Positions 37,901-51,339 of a stretch of 64,000 nucleotides of DNA are shown here, in pieces; position 1 is the stretch's first letter; every line of letters starts with the position of its first letter. The stretch lies in assembly GCA_964247055.1 (NCBI GenBank), contig OZ176057.1, positions 62,001 through 126,000 on the forward strand. The letters run 5' to 3'. Source of the stretch: Paragordius varius. Lineage: Eukaryota; Animalia; Nematomorpha. The notes under the pieces are model-generated. The model had not been told where the DNA came from, ran no database searches, and saw nothing but the letters and a program-made list of their open reading frames with translations. Position numbers and translations under genes: made by a program.

Positions 37901-40900
37901 CCATCTATCCTAATACTGAAAAGGGGTGGTTTCGGTGGCGGATGGATGTAAACTCAATATACGAATATCCATTAAGACAGTTGCATCAATCAGGTCCAAG
38001 TCTTACAAAAAACCGTCCGGCAAAATCTGTTCAAATTGGTTCTCAGCCAATCAACCAACCCTCTTAACTCCATCTATCCTAATACTGAAAAGGGGTGGTT
38101 TCGGTGGCGGATGGATGTAAACTCAATATACGAATATCCAATAAGACCGTTGCATCAATCAGGTCCAAGTCTTACAAAAAACCGTCCGGCAAAATATGTC
38201 AAATTCGTTCTAAGCCAAATCCACTAACATTCTTAACTCCATCTATCCTAATACTGAAAAGGGGTGGTTTCGGTGGCGGATGGATGTAAACTCAATATAC
38301 GAATATCCATTAAGACAGTTGCATCAATCAGGTCCAAGTCTTACAAAAAATCGTCCGGCAAAATCTGTACAAATTGGTTCTCCTCCAAATCAAAAAATCT
38401 TCCTAACTCCATCTATCCTAATACTGAAACGGGGTGGTTTCGGTGGCGGATGGATGTAAACTCAATATACGACTATCCATTAAGACCGTTGCATCAATCA
38501 GGTCCAAGTCTTACAAAAAACCGTCCGGCAAAATCTGTTCAAATTATTTCTCAGCCAAATCAACCACCATTCTTAACTCCATCTATCCTAATACTGAAAA
38601 GGGGTGGTTTCGGCGGATGGATGTAAACTCAATATACGAATATCCATTAAGACCGTTGCATCAATCAGGTCCAAGTCTTACAAAAAACCGTCCGGCAAAA
38701 TCTGTTCAAATTGGTTCTCAGCCAAATCAACCAACCTTCCTAACTCCATCTATCCTAATACTGAAAAGGGGTGGTTTCGGTGGCGGATGAATATAAACTT
38801 AATATACGAATATCCATTAAGACTGTTGCATCAATCAGGTCCAAGTCTTACAAAAAACCGTCCGGCAAAATCTGTTCAAATTGGTTCTCAGCCAATCAAC
38901 CAACCTTCTTAACTCCATCTATCCTAATACTGAAAAGGGGTGGTTTCGGTGGCGGATGGATGTAAACTCAATATACGAATATCCATTAGTTGCATCAATC
39001 AGGTCCAAGTCTTACAAAAAACCGGCCGGCGAAATCTGTTCAAATTGTTTCTCAGCCAAATCAACCACCATTCTTAACTCCATCTATCCTAATACTGAAA
39101 AGGGGTGGTTTCGGTGGCGGATGGATGTAAACTCAATATACGAATATCCATTAAGACAGTTGCATCAATCAGGTCCAAGTCTTACAAAAAACCGTCCGGC
39201 AAAATCTGTTCAAATTGGTTCTCAGCCAATCAACCAACCTTCTTAACTCCATCTATCCTAATACTGAAAAGGGGTGGTTTCGGTGGCGGATGGATGTAAA
39301 CTCAATATACGAATATCCATTAAGACAGTTGCATCAATCAGGTCCAAGTCTTACAAAAAACCGTCCGGCAAAATCTGTTCAAATTGGTTCTCAGCCAATC
39401 AACCAACCTTCTTAACTCCATCTATCCTAATACTGAAAAGGGGTGGTTTCGGTGGCGGATGGATGTAAACTCAATATACAAATATCCATTAAGACTGTTG
39501 CATCAATCAGGTCCATCCATATCTTACAAAAAACCGTCCGGCAAAATCTGTTCAAATTGGTTCTTAGCCATATCAACCACCAATCTTAACTCCATCTATC
39601 CTAATACTGAAAAGGGGTGGTTTCGGTGGCGGATGGATGTAAACTCAATATACGAATATCCATTAAGACAGTTGCATCAATCAGGTCCAAGTCTTACAAA
39701 AAACCGTCCGGCAAAATCTGTTCAAATTGGTTCTCAGCCAAATCAACCACCATTCTTAACTCCATCTATCCTAATACTGAAAAGGGGTTGTTTCGGTGGC
39801 GGATGGATGTAAACTCAATATACAAATATCCATTAAGACCGTTGCATCAATCAGGTCCAAATCTTACCGTCCGGCAAAATCTGTTCAAATTGGTTCTCAG
39901 CGAATCAACCACCATTCTTAACTCCATCTATCCTAATACTGAAAAGGGGTAGTTTCGGTGGCGGATGGATGTAAACTCAATATACGAATATCCATTAGTT
40001 GCATCAATCAGGTCCAAGTCTTACAAAAAACCGGCCGGCGAAATCTGTTCAAATTGTTTCTCAGCCAAATCAACCACCATTCTTAACTCCATCTATCCTA
40101 ATACTGAAAAGGGGTGGTTTCGGTGGCGGATGGATGTAAACTCAATATACGAATATCCATTAAGACAGTTGCATCAATCAGGTCCAAGTCTTACAAAAAA
40201 CCGTCCGGCAAAATCTGTTCAAATTGGTTCTCAGCCAATCAACCAACCTTCTTAACTCCATCTATCCTAATACTGAAAAGGGGTGGTTTCGGTGGCGGAT
40301 GGATGTAAACTCAATATACGAATATCCATTAAGACAGTTGCATCAATCAGGTCCAAGTCTTACAAAAAACCGTCCGGCAAAATCTGTTCAAATTGGTTCT
40401 CAGCCAAATCAACCAACCTTCCTAACTCCATCTATCCTAATACTGAAAAGGGGTGGTTTCGGTGGCGGATGGATGTAAACTCATACGAATATCCATTAGG
40501 ACAGTTGCATCAATCAGGTCCAAGTCTTACAAAAAACAGTCCGGCAAAATCTGTTAAAATTGGTTCTCAGCCAAATCAACCACCATTCTTAACTCCATCT
40601 ATCCTAATACTGAAAAGGGGTGGTTTCGGTGGCGGATGGATGTAAACTCAATATACGAATATCCATTAAGACAGTTGCATCAATCAGGTCCAAGTCTTAC
40701 AAAAAACCGTCCGGCAAAATCTGTTCAAATTGGTTCTCAGCCAAACCAACCCTCTTAACTCCATCTATCCTAATACTGAAAAGGGGTGGTTTCGGTGGCG
40801 GATGGATGTAAACTCAATATACGAATATCCAATAAGACCGTTGCATCAATCAGGTCCAAGTCTTACAAAAAACCGTCCGGCAAAATATGTCAAATTCGTT

Positions 40901-43900
40901 CTAAGCCAAATCCACTAACATTCTTAACTCCATCTATCCTAATACTGAAAAGGGGTGGTTTCGGTGGCGGATGGATGTAAACTCAATATACGAATATCCA
41001 TTAAGACAGTTGCATCAATCAGGTCCAAGTCTTACAAAAAATCGTCCGGCAAAATCTGTACAAATTGGTTCTCCTCCAAATCAAAAAATCTTCCTAACTC
41101 CATCTATCCTAATACTGAAACGGGGTGGTTTCGGTGGCGGATGGATGTAAACTCAATATACGACTATCCATTAAGACCGTTGCATCAATCAGGTCCAAGT
41201 CTTACAAAAAACCGTCCGGCAAAATCTGTTCAAATTATTTCTCAGCCAAATCAACCACCATTCTTAACTCCATCTATCCTAATACTGAAAAGGGGTGGTT
41301 TCGGCGGATGGATGTAAACTCAATATACGAATATCCATTAAGACCGTTGCATCAATCACGTCCAAGTCTTACAAAAAACCGTCCGGCAAAATCTGTTCAA
41401 ATTGGTTCTCAGCCAAATCAACCAACCTTCCTAACTCCATCTATCCTAATACTGAAAAGGGGTGGTTTCGGTGGCGGATAAATATAAACTTAATATACGA
41501 ATATCCATTAAGACTGTTGCATCAATCAGGTCCAAGTCTTACAAAAAACCGTCCGGCAAAATCTGTTCAAATTGGTTCTCAGCCAATCAACCAACCTTCT
41601 TAACTCCATCTATCCTAATACTGAAAAGGGGTGGTTTCGGTGGCGGATGGATGTAAACTCAATATACGAATATCCATTAAGACAGTTGCATCAATCAGGT
41701 CCAAGTCTTACAAAAAACCGGCCGGCGAAATCTGTTCAAATTGTTTCTCAGCCAAATCAACCACCATTCTTAACTCCATCTATCCTAATACTGAAAAGGG
41801 GTGGTTTCGGTGGCGGATGGATGTAAACTCAATATACGAATATCCATTAAGACAGTTGCATCAATCAGGTCCAAGTCTTACAAAAAACCGTCCGGCAAAA
41901 CCTGTTCAAATTGGTTCTCATCCAAATCAACCAACCTTCCTAACTCCATCTATCCTAATACTGAAAAGGGGTGGTTTCGGTGGCGGATGGATGTAAACTC
42001 AATATACGAATATCCATTAAGACAGTTGCATCAATCAGGTCCAAGTCTTACAAAAAATCGTCCGGCAAAATCTGTACAAATTGGTTCTCCTCCAAATCAA
42101 CCAATCTTCCTAACTCCATCTATCCTAATACTGAAACGGGGTGGTTTCGGTGGCGGATGGATGTAAACTCAATATACGACTATCCATTAAGACCGTTGCA
42201 TCAATCAGGTCCAAGTAAAACCGTCCGGCAAAATCTGTTCAAATTGTTTCTCAGCCAAATCAACCACCATTCTTAACTCCATCTATCCTAATACTGAAAA
42301 GGGGTGGTTTCGGCGGATGGATGTAAACTCAATATACGACTATCCATTAAGACCGTTGCATCAATCAGGTCCAAGTCTTACAAAAAACCGTCCGGCAAAA
42401 TCTGTTCAAATTGTTTCTCAGCCAAATCAACCACCATTCTTAACTCCATCTATCCTAATACTGAAACGGGGTGGTTTCGGCGGATGGATGTAAACTCAAT
42501 ATACGAATATCCATTAAGACCGTTGCATCAATCAGGTCCAAGTCTTACAAAAAACCGTCCGGCAAAATCTGTTCAAATTGGTTCTCAGCCAAATCAACCA
42601 ACCTTCCTAACTCCATCTATCCTAATACTGAAAAGGGGTGGTTTCGGTGGCGGATGAATATAAACTTAATATACGAATATCCATTAAGACTGTTGCATCA
42701 ATCAGGTCCAAGTCTTACAAAAAACCGTCCGGCAAAATCTGTTCAAATTGGTTCTCAGCCAATCAACCAACCTTCTTAACTCCATCTATCCTAATACTGA
42801 AAAGGGGTGGTTTCGGTGGCGGATGGATGTAAACTCAATATACGAATATCCATTAAGACAGTTGCATCAATCAGGTCCAAGTCTTACAAAAAACCGGCCG
42901 GCGAAATCTGTTCAAATTGTTTCTCAGCCAAATCAACCACCATTCTTAACTCCATCTATCCTAATACTGAAAAGGGGTGGTTTCGGTGGCGGATGGATGT
43001 AAACTCAATATACGAATATCCATTAAGACAGTTGCATCAATCAGGTCCAAGTCTTACAAAAAACCGTCCGGCAAAACCTGTTCAAATTGGTTCTCATCCA
43101 AATCAACCAACCTTCCTAACTCCATCTATCCTAATACTGAAAAGGGGTGGTTTCGGTGGCGGATGGATGTAAACTCAATATACGAATATCCATTAAGACA
43201 GTTGCATCAATCAGGTCCAAGTCTTACAAAAAATCGTCCGGCAAAATCTGTACAAATTGGTTCTCCTCCAAATCAACCAATCTTCCTAACTCCATCTATC
43301 CTAATACTGAAACGGGGTGGTTTCGGTGGCGGATGGATGTAAACTCAATATACGACTATCCATTAAGACCGTTGCATCAATCAGGTCCAAGTAAAACCGT
43401 CCGGCAAAATCTGTTCAAATTATTTCTCAGCCAAATCAACCACCATTCTTAACTCCATCTATCCTAATACTGAAAAGGGGTGGTTTCGGCGGATGGATGT
43501 AAACTCAATATACGAATATCCATTAAGACCGTTGCATCAATCAGGTCCAAGTCTTACAAAAAACCGTCCGGCAAAATCTGTTCAAATTGGTTCTCAGCCA
43601 AATCAACCAACCTTCCTAACTCCATCTATCCTAATACTGAAAAGGGGTGGTTTCGGTGGCGGATGAATATAAACTTAATATACGAATATCCATTAAGACT
43701 GTTGCATCAATCAGGTCCAAGTCTTACAAAAAACCGTCCGGCAAAATCTGTTCAAATTGGTTCTCAGCCAATCAACCAACCTTCTTAACTCCATCTATCC
43801 TAATACTGAAAAGGGGTGGTTTCGGTGGCGGATGGATGTAAACTCAATATACGAATATCCATTAAGACAGCTGCATCAATCAGGTCCAAATCTTACAAAA

Positions 43901-44684
43901 AACCGGCCGGCGAAATCTGTTCAAATTGTTTCTCAGCCAAATCAACCACCATTCTTAACTCCATCTATCCTAATACTGAAAAGGGGTGGTTTCGGTGGCG
44001 GATGGATGTAAACTCAATATACGAATATCCATTAAGACAGTTGCATCAATCAGGTCCAAGTCTTACAAAAAACCGTCCGGCAAAATCTGTTCAAATTGGT
44101 TCTCATCCAAATCAACCAACCTTCCTAACTCCATCTATCCTAATACTGAAAAGGGGTGGTTTCGGTGGCGGATGGATGTAAACTCAATATACGAATATCC
44201 ATTAAGACCGTTGCATCAATCAGGTCCAAGTCTTACAAAAAACCGTCCGGCAAAATCTGTTCAAATTGGTTCTCAGCCAAATCAACCACCATTCTTAACT
44301 CCATCTATCCTAATACTGAAAAGGGGTGGTTTCGGTGGCGGATGGATGTACACTCAATATACGAATATCCATTAAGACAGTTGCATCAATCAGGCCCAAG
44401 TCTTACAAAAAACCGTCCGGCAAAATCTGTTCAAATTGGTTCTCATCCAAATCAACCAACCTTCCTAACTCCATCTATCCTAATACTGAAAAGGGGTGGT
44501 TTCGGTGGCGGATGGATGTAAACTCAATATACGAATATCCATTAAGACCGTTGCATTCAGGCCCAAGTCTTACAAAAAACTGTCCGGCAAAATCTGTTCA
44601 AATTGGTTCTCAGCCAAATCAACCAACCTTCCTAACTCCATCTATCCTAATACTGAAAAGCGGTGGTTTCGGTGACGGATGGAT
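25924..44684. repeat. Large satellite array, 169/170-bp monomer, ~110 copies, with higher-order repeats
   Basis: Continuous head-to-tail monomers. The many near-identical short plus-strand ORFs in the track are translation artefacts of this repeat. Diagnostic variants recur at spacings of about 838, 1009, 1177, 1688, 2693, 3031 and 5728 bp. Confidence 0.98.
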
Positions 44685-45287
44685 CCAAATCATAATAATA
44701 AGATTATCTATGTAGACCAACATCAAAAACATCTAATGCTTTAAGACATTTTCCTTTTCATATAAATCCAATAAAGCTCTCTCACTGTAAATACTTATTT
44801 ACAAAAAAATTTTGTTATAACTATTATTTAATTAATGTTTTATTATTCAAACCCCAAAAATGGGGTCACTATATCATCAAAAAATAAATAATATAATCAT
44901 ATATAATATATTGAGATATGGTGTGGTTATTTTTAGAATCTATTTTTCGTGTCTTGTCAAAAATCAATTAGAATAGATAGCGATTCCGTTACCCTTAATT
45001 TTTTAAAACACTAATATTTTCTACAACCAACATCAAAGTTATTGGCAAGATATATTTTAAAAACTAAAACTAAAACCCTCTTGTGTTAATTACACCTCTA
45101 CATATTTCTTAAAAATAAAATATAGACAAAACGGAAAAACTTAAAGCAAATTTTTTAATATAAGAATATCCATATTTGTTAAAACAGTGTTGTCCACTCT
45201 TTTCAGTATTAACCAGCTCTAAAAAATGTTAAAACATATAAAATTGAATTTCAATCAAAATTTAAGGTTTTGTAGATGATATATAAT

Positions 45288-48200
45288 TAAGGTGACCAGA
45301 CGTCCCGCTTTTTCACACTTTGTCCCGCGTCCCGCTACGTTTTTAAAATGTCCCGCTTTTTCACGATTATATAAAAAAAATTTTTTTTTATTACAAATAA
45401 GTTTTTTTATCCGTTTAAATTTTTTATCATTAAATATCTTTAAAATCTATATAAATTTTAAATTAAAATTTTTTATTTTTAAATTAAAAATATTTATTTT
45501 TTTCGAATTTGTATCATATGATTATATACTTTCCTTTCAAATACTACTGTCATTATTATCAAAAAGCCAAATTAATACCACAAATCTCTAGATTAGAGCA
45601 CAAAAGGTTGTAAATTCAACGATGAATTAATGAAAGATTTTCCTTATATTAAAAAAACGGAGAATGAATCATCTGTTAAATGTCTTATATGCGAGGGGGA
45701 ATTCCTAGTACATAGCGGCAAGCATGATATTACAAAGCATATGGAAACACAGAAACATAAAAAATGTTTAGATATGGTGGCATCATCTTACAAAATGAGC
45801 GATTTTTTTCGAAAAACCGCTTTTGGAGAGGAAGAAAAGAATTTGGCACTAGCCGCAGGGCGTGTTATCTTTTCACGCCGTTAATCACAATCATTCCTTT
45901 AGATCTATGGACTGTACCTCAGAGGTTATTCGCACGTTATTCCATAAAAAATTTACATGTGCCCGTACACAGGCTGAAGCCATTGTGTTCAATGTCCTTT
46001 CGCCACATGCATTTTCTGAAAAAAAAGATTTGCTAAAAATTAATTTCTTATCCCTATACTCTGATGCATCAAATCACCATCACACAAAATTATTTCCCAC
46101 TTTAATAAGATATTTTGATTCAGAAACCGGAATAAAAATTAAAATTTTAGATTTAACTCTACCCGGTGAAAATTCCGAAATAATATTTACTTCAATAATG
46201 CATATTCTAGAAAAAAATAATTTAAAAGACAAAATTATCGCCATATTGCGCTGACAACACCAATACGAACTTTGGTGGAAAAGCAAGGAGGGGAACAAAA
46301 AATATTTTTCATAAAATAACACATAATCTTAATCAAAACATTATTGGCGTCGGGTGTGCAGCGTAATACACAACGCTATTCAAACAGCTACTGATTTGTT
46401 ACCCCTAGATGTGGAAAATGTAGTTGTTAAAATATATTCCTATTTTTATATATACATGGTACGTGTTGAAACGCTTATTCTGTGAAAATGAAGAAGTTCA
46501 ATATCAAAAAATGCTTGGATATTCTAAAACTCGTTGGTTAGCTTTTATGCCAGCTATCGAAAGGATTTTAAAAATGTATGATCCTTTAAAATCTTTTTAT
46601 CACAGGACAAATGTCTTACAACTTTAAAAAAGTTTTTTGAAAGTGACTCTTCAAAAATATGGTTAGAATTCTTACATAATCAAGCTTCGCTCTTTCAAAA
46701 TGTTATTAAATTTATAGAAGGTGACAAAACTTCGGCAATCGAAGTAGCCAATGAAGTTAGTAACCTAAAATTCCAATGTCAAGAACGGTTAGAAAATATT
46801 TTTATACCATTAACCATCCGCAATATAATAAATAATTTAGAAAAACAAGGCTTAATAAATCGCCAAGATATCCTGTACCATATAAAAATGTTATATACAA
46901 ACTGTAAAGATTATTTGGAAGACTGGACGACGCAATTCAATGAAATTGATCATTTTCATTGGATAACATTAAAATCAGAATTTAATTGGCGCGATGTTCA
47001 AAAATCATTTGATTATATCTGCTCCTAAAAATTCTCAAAAAGTAATCTTCAGAAAATTATCTTTTTTCTGAAGTATCATTAGTTAAAAGATATATTAATA
47101 ATGAAAAACTTAAATTATGGACAAAAGAAAAATATACAGTAGAAAAGAAATGGTTGGAAATATTTCATTATTTTGAAGCCAACTATATTACATACAATAA
47201 TATTTTAAAAATTGTGGAATTCGGACTCTCTTTAGCTGGAACCAACGCTGCTACTGAGCGCGTTTTTTCCACAGTAAATCAGGTGTGGACATCGGAAAAT
47301 TAATTTAAATGTTGAAACTTTAAAGGCCGTTTTATCTGTCAAATATAATTTGACAAATTCTTGTGAAGACTTCCACAATATTTTAAAAAATGATGACAAT
47401 CTGCTAAAACGCATTCACTCAAACAAAAAAATATACCAAATAATAAAATATTTTCTTTAAAGTTTTTGTGTTAAAAAATAAACAAAATTACTTAAAATAT
47501 TGTATAAGTCTTCATAATTTGTCAAATTATATTTGAACACATAAAATGGCTTTTATTCAACATTAATTTGATTCCGTGTCCTTACTTAATTTACTGTGGA
47601 AAAATCCGTTCAATAGGAGTGGTTCAGGTAAAGATAATGCAAATTCTACAATTAAAATATTATTGTATGGAACATAAATTGTTTAAAAATGATTATTTTA
47701 ACTATTTCTATCCTACGTATTTTTTTTGTTGTCCATAATATAAGTTTTCATTCAATATATTTATTTAATAATGAGACTTCATAAAAAAGTGTCATTGTGC
47801 ACCGTCTTGTCTTCCAAATAATCGTTTCTGTTTGTATAAAATTTTTTTATAATCTGGCTATTAATTGAGCCTTGTTTTTCTGGATGCTTTATAATATTGC
47901 GATTAGATTATAAAATTATTTTCTAACCTTTTTTGACTTGGAATTTTGACCATTGTCCTGTGATAAAAAATAGGATTCTAGGAGATCACATTTTTATAAA
48001 TATTTCAATCGCTGGCAAAAGAGCTAACCAACAGTTCTACAATATCCGAGCATTTTAACATCTATATTTTCCACATCCAGGGGTAACAAATCATTAGCTG
48101 TTTGAGTAGCGTTGTGTATCTGCCAATAATGTTTTGAATAAGATTATTCGCTAAATTGTTAAAAATATTTTTTGTGTCGCTTCTTGCATCACCCAGCGCA

Positions 48201-48428
48201 CTTTGTGATGATTTCGTCTTTATTATTTTTTTCTAGAATATTACAATCACTTCACCCTTTGTTTCTGCACATGTAAATTTATTGAATATGGTGCAAACAA
48301 CCTGTGAAGTACAAATATTTTTATATTTATAATGTATTTGTGTTAAAAATAAATAAAGTTGAACCCCCCAATAACCCTCCCTTCTCAGATTTGTCCCGCT
48401 TTTTCCTTCAAAAAATCTGGTCACCTTA
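45288..48428 (+). mobile_element. hAT DNA transposon (Blackjack-like TIR), defective, with intact TSD
   Basis: TIR TAAGGTGACCAGA at both ends. Perfect 8-bp TSD TATATAAT at 45280-45287 and 48429-48436. The transposase fragments are identical to those of the 9018 copy (offset 36270). Confidence 0.93.
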
Positions 48429-51339
48429 TATATAATCCAAAATTGAGCTCAAAATCGAACAAAAATTATTATGTAAAGCAGCCGCAATGATATTTGTGTT
48501 GCCCTGTGATAGAGCTTTATTTTGAATTAATATGCTAATATATATATATATATATATATATATGCGTTAGTTATATTATAGTAATTGTGATCATGCAAAT
48601 AGTTATATTCATATGTGTAAATTCAATAATATTTGGCTGTATATTAATTATATTTCAAGAGCCTTAAACATTTCAAGTTGGTCCTTATTTTTGTTTTGTT
48701 TTTAACCATTACACTGGACAACAAATCGCCACTAGAGATTTTTGCATATTCTGATATTTACTATCAGTTTAACAATAAATTCGAAATAAAAATATAATTT
48801 CACCTAAGAATTTTGTTTAAATTGTTTTTTTCGATGAAGCGTCCTCTTTATCAAAATTTTACTAAAAAATGTTTTCCTTTAAAAACATACAAATGCCCAA
48901 TTTTAATTCATGATTCGAAAGAGTAGTAAAAACTCTATAAAACGCATACTAATATGTTTTACATCGATAGCTAATATTGGACATAGGAAGCTACAAACGC
49001 GCGAAGCGAGAGCGTTTTCCTTAATTATTATATTTTTACTAAGGGATGAAAATAGATACTTGGTATAGATTATAAATGTCCAAAAGATACAACAAGAATG
49101 TTTTTTTATTAAAACACTTATTTGTTGCTTTTATGTCATTCAAAACTTTAGTTTTTGCGATTTTTAAGACAAGGTAATTTTGATCATTTTAACGATTATG
49201 TAATAAATTTACAGTTATAAATATGGATTTTAATATCCACTAAGTAAAATAATTTTGATGATAATAATTTAAAAAAGCAAACCAAAAGTTCAAAATTCTT
49301 TTTATAAATTTTGTACTAATGTAACCCTAACAATTATAAAAAAATATTTATAAGTTTTATGCTATATCGGAGCCAAATCGATAAACCCTAATAAATGAAA
49401 ATTTTTAGGTGTTAAGCCATTTTTTCAGATCTACTCTTTAGGTATTTTAATGAATTGGATTTTAAATTTACAAGAATGGCACTTAAAAAAGTCAAATGAT
49501 GTCTAGTGTTATCAATCAAATCGTGTATATTGATCTGTTTTATTAATATTAATCTATTATTTGATATCAACTTTAGATCGCTATCGACTTTTAATTATTC
49601 AAATACCATAATTTTATTGAATTCTTCAAAAAATTTTAAATATTTATAGGATTTTAACATTTAAATTAAAATATATATGTTGTTTTTATTTATTTCGAAA
49701 TTTTCATTAAAGACTTTTATAAGTTAATAATTTTCTTAAATTGAAAAAATTAGTTGAATTAAAAAAATTATTTTTTTAAAAAATATATAATAAAAAAATG
49801 AGGTTAAAAAAATAATAAAAAAAACATAAATTGAGGGCCAACTTGAAGGGACTAACTTGAAGTGTTTAAGGATCAAAGTGAAGTGTTTAAGGACACTCTT
49901 TAAGTTTAAATGGTATATATGCAAATCTGTTTTAACATACAACTTTTATAAGTACCCATAACGGCACATGAATTATTATAATCTTTTATGTTTAGTTGTT
50001 TAAAAATTAACTCTATTGACTTTTTACCTTTATCGTTTGGTTTCTCTAAACGACATTTCTTTAATTATTTTATTTGAAACATTTTAGTGACATTTGCATA
50101 GTTGGATATTATCTTATTTTTAAAAACGTAAATATCGTAAAATAACTTTATTACAATAAATTACTATCATATTAATTCTACTAAATATTAAATCTAATAA
50201 TTAACAAATTTTAAAAAATAAAAATTATTTATTACTAATTTTTGTTAGGTATATTATTTGGGTAAATTTTATATTTGAATTAAGTAAGGTGAGATGGGCT
50301 TAAATGAGTTTTCATGTCTGAGCTTTGAATTTTTTCTTCGTGAAACCCAAAACAATGACATAAAATACAGTAAAATAATGGATAAAGGTCCTAAAAAGCC
50401 TAATTATCTAATTACATGATTGCAATTTGGATATATGAAAACAAAAGGGTAAGAGCAAGAATAATATTAAAGTAATATAGTTACTTGTCTTTATGAAAAC
50501 TTTTAATTTTTTATGTTTCTTTATAATTTCATTTTTACTTATAAATATATAGTAAAAATTGGGAATGTACAGAAAAAAAGGTCTTTCAACAAGACAAATA
50601 TCCCATTTAAAAGACTGCAATATTTAGAGTAAAAATTGAATTTATAGGGACATAAAATATAAAGCAAATTTTATTAAAAAGCAACGCCATTCTTTTTAAA
50701 CCATAATTTATCCTATAAAAATAGATAATTAATTATGTTACCCATTTACATTTCTATATTATAATTTGTAGTTTAAAACAATGAGTTATATTCAAAAAAT
50801 TAAAATTAAAAAAGTATGGTTGTCTTTTAGATAAAAATATTTGTCTTTATATTTGCATTAAAATCAGTTGTCCAAGTCTACCGAATTTTATATATTTCTC
50901 AAAATTCAAATTATACAGAACACTCAAAAACTAAAATTTAATAAAGATAAACATATTTTTAAAACCATATAACTCACAGTATTGTATTACACGAATTAAG
51001 ATGCAAGTATTAATTATCAACTTGTATATTTAAAAATATTAATTAAATGGTTTATGAGGGCATTATCAAGGTTTAAGAAGGTATAATTTTTTAATAAAAA
51101 AAATATTTTTTTACAATTTTTATAGGATAAAGAGCGACATCTATAAATTTTATAAAATATTAATGTATATAAAAAAATAAATTTCGTTTATAATTGTATA
51201 AACTGCATCAGATAAAGGCTGAGACAAAAATAAACTAAAAATAATATAAAAGTTAATTTTATTTATAAAGTTTTAATTCCAATTGATTTGTTTATATATA
51301 TGGTCTTTTGAGGTTTAACGTGATTTATCTCTGTCAGAA

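Noticed and set aside
25924-44684. Dozens of 60-160 aa plus-strand ORFs (MVSVADGCKL..., MVLSQSTNLL...)
   Set aside because: They are translations of a 169/170-bp repeat that shift frame every monomer, use alternative starts and match no domain I recognise.
25924-44684. CRISPR-like repeat-spacer array
   Set aside because: The segments between hairpins are near-identical rather than unique spacers, there are no cas genes, and the context is eukaryotic.
25924-44684. Hammerhead ribozyme or retrozyme in the satellite
   Set aside because: No CUGANGA core on either strand (CTGAAAA on plus; CTGAGAA and CTGATTG on minus), and no correctly placed GAAA/stem III. Other ribozyme classes were not testable by eye.
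25924-44684. Tandem spliced-leader RNA genes or tRNA-derived Pol III units
   Set aside because: The donor-like GTAAAC is on the plus strand, which has no Sm site. The A-box-like TGGCGGATGG and B-box-like GTTCAAATT are ~85 nt apart, with no cloverleaf and no plus-strand T-run terminator.
48985-49015. GC-rich hairpin AAACGCGCGAAGCGAGAGCGTTT as a Helitron 3' end
   Set aside because: No CTRR terminus at the expected distance on either strand, and no matching 5' TC end found.
48437-51330. Short ORFs (49736-49942, 50408-50620) in the AT-rich spacer
   Set aside because: Low-complexity F/I/K/L-rich translations typical of non-coding AT-rich DNA, with no splice-consistent homology.
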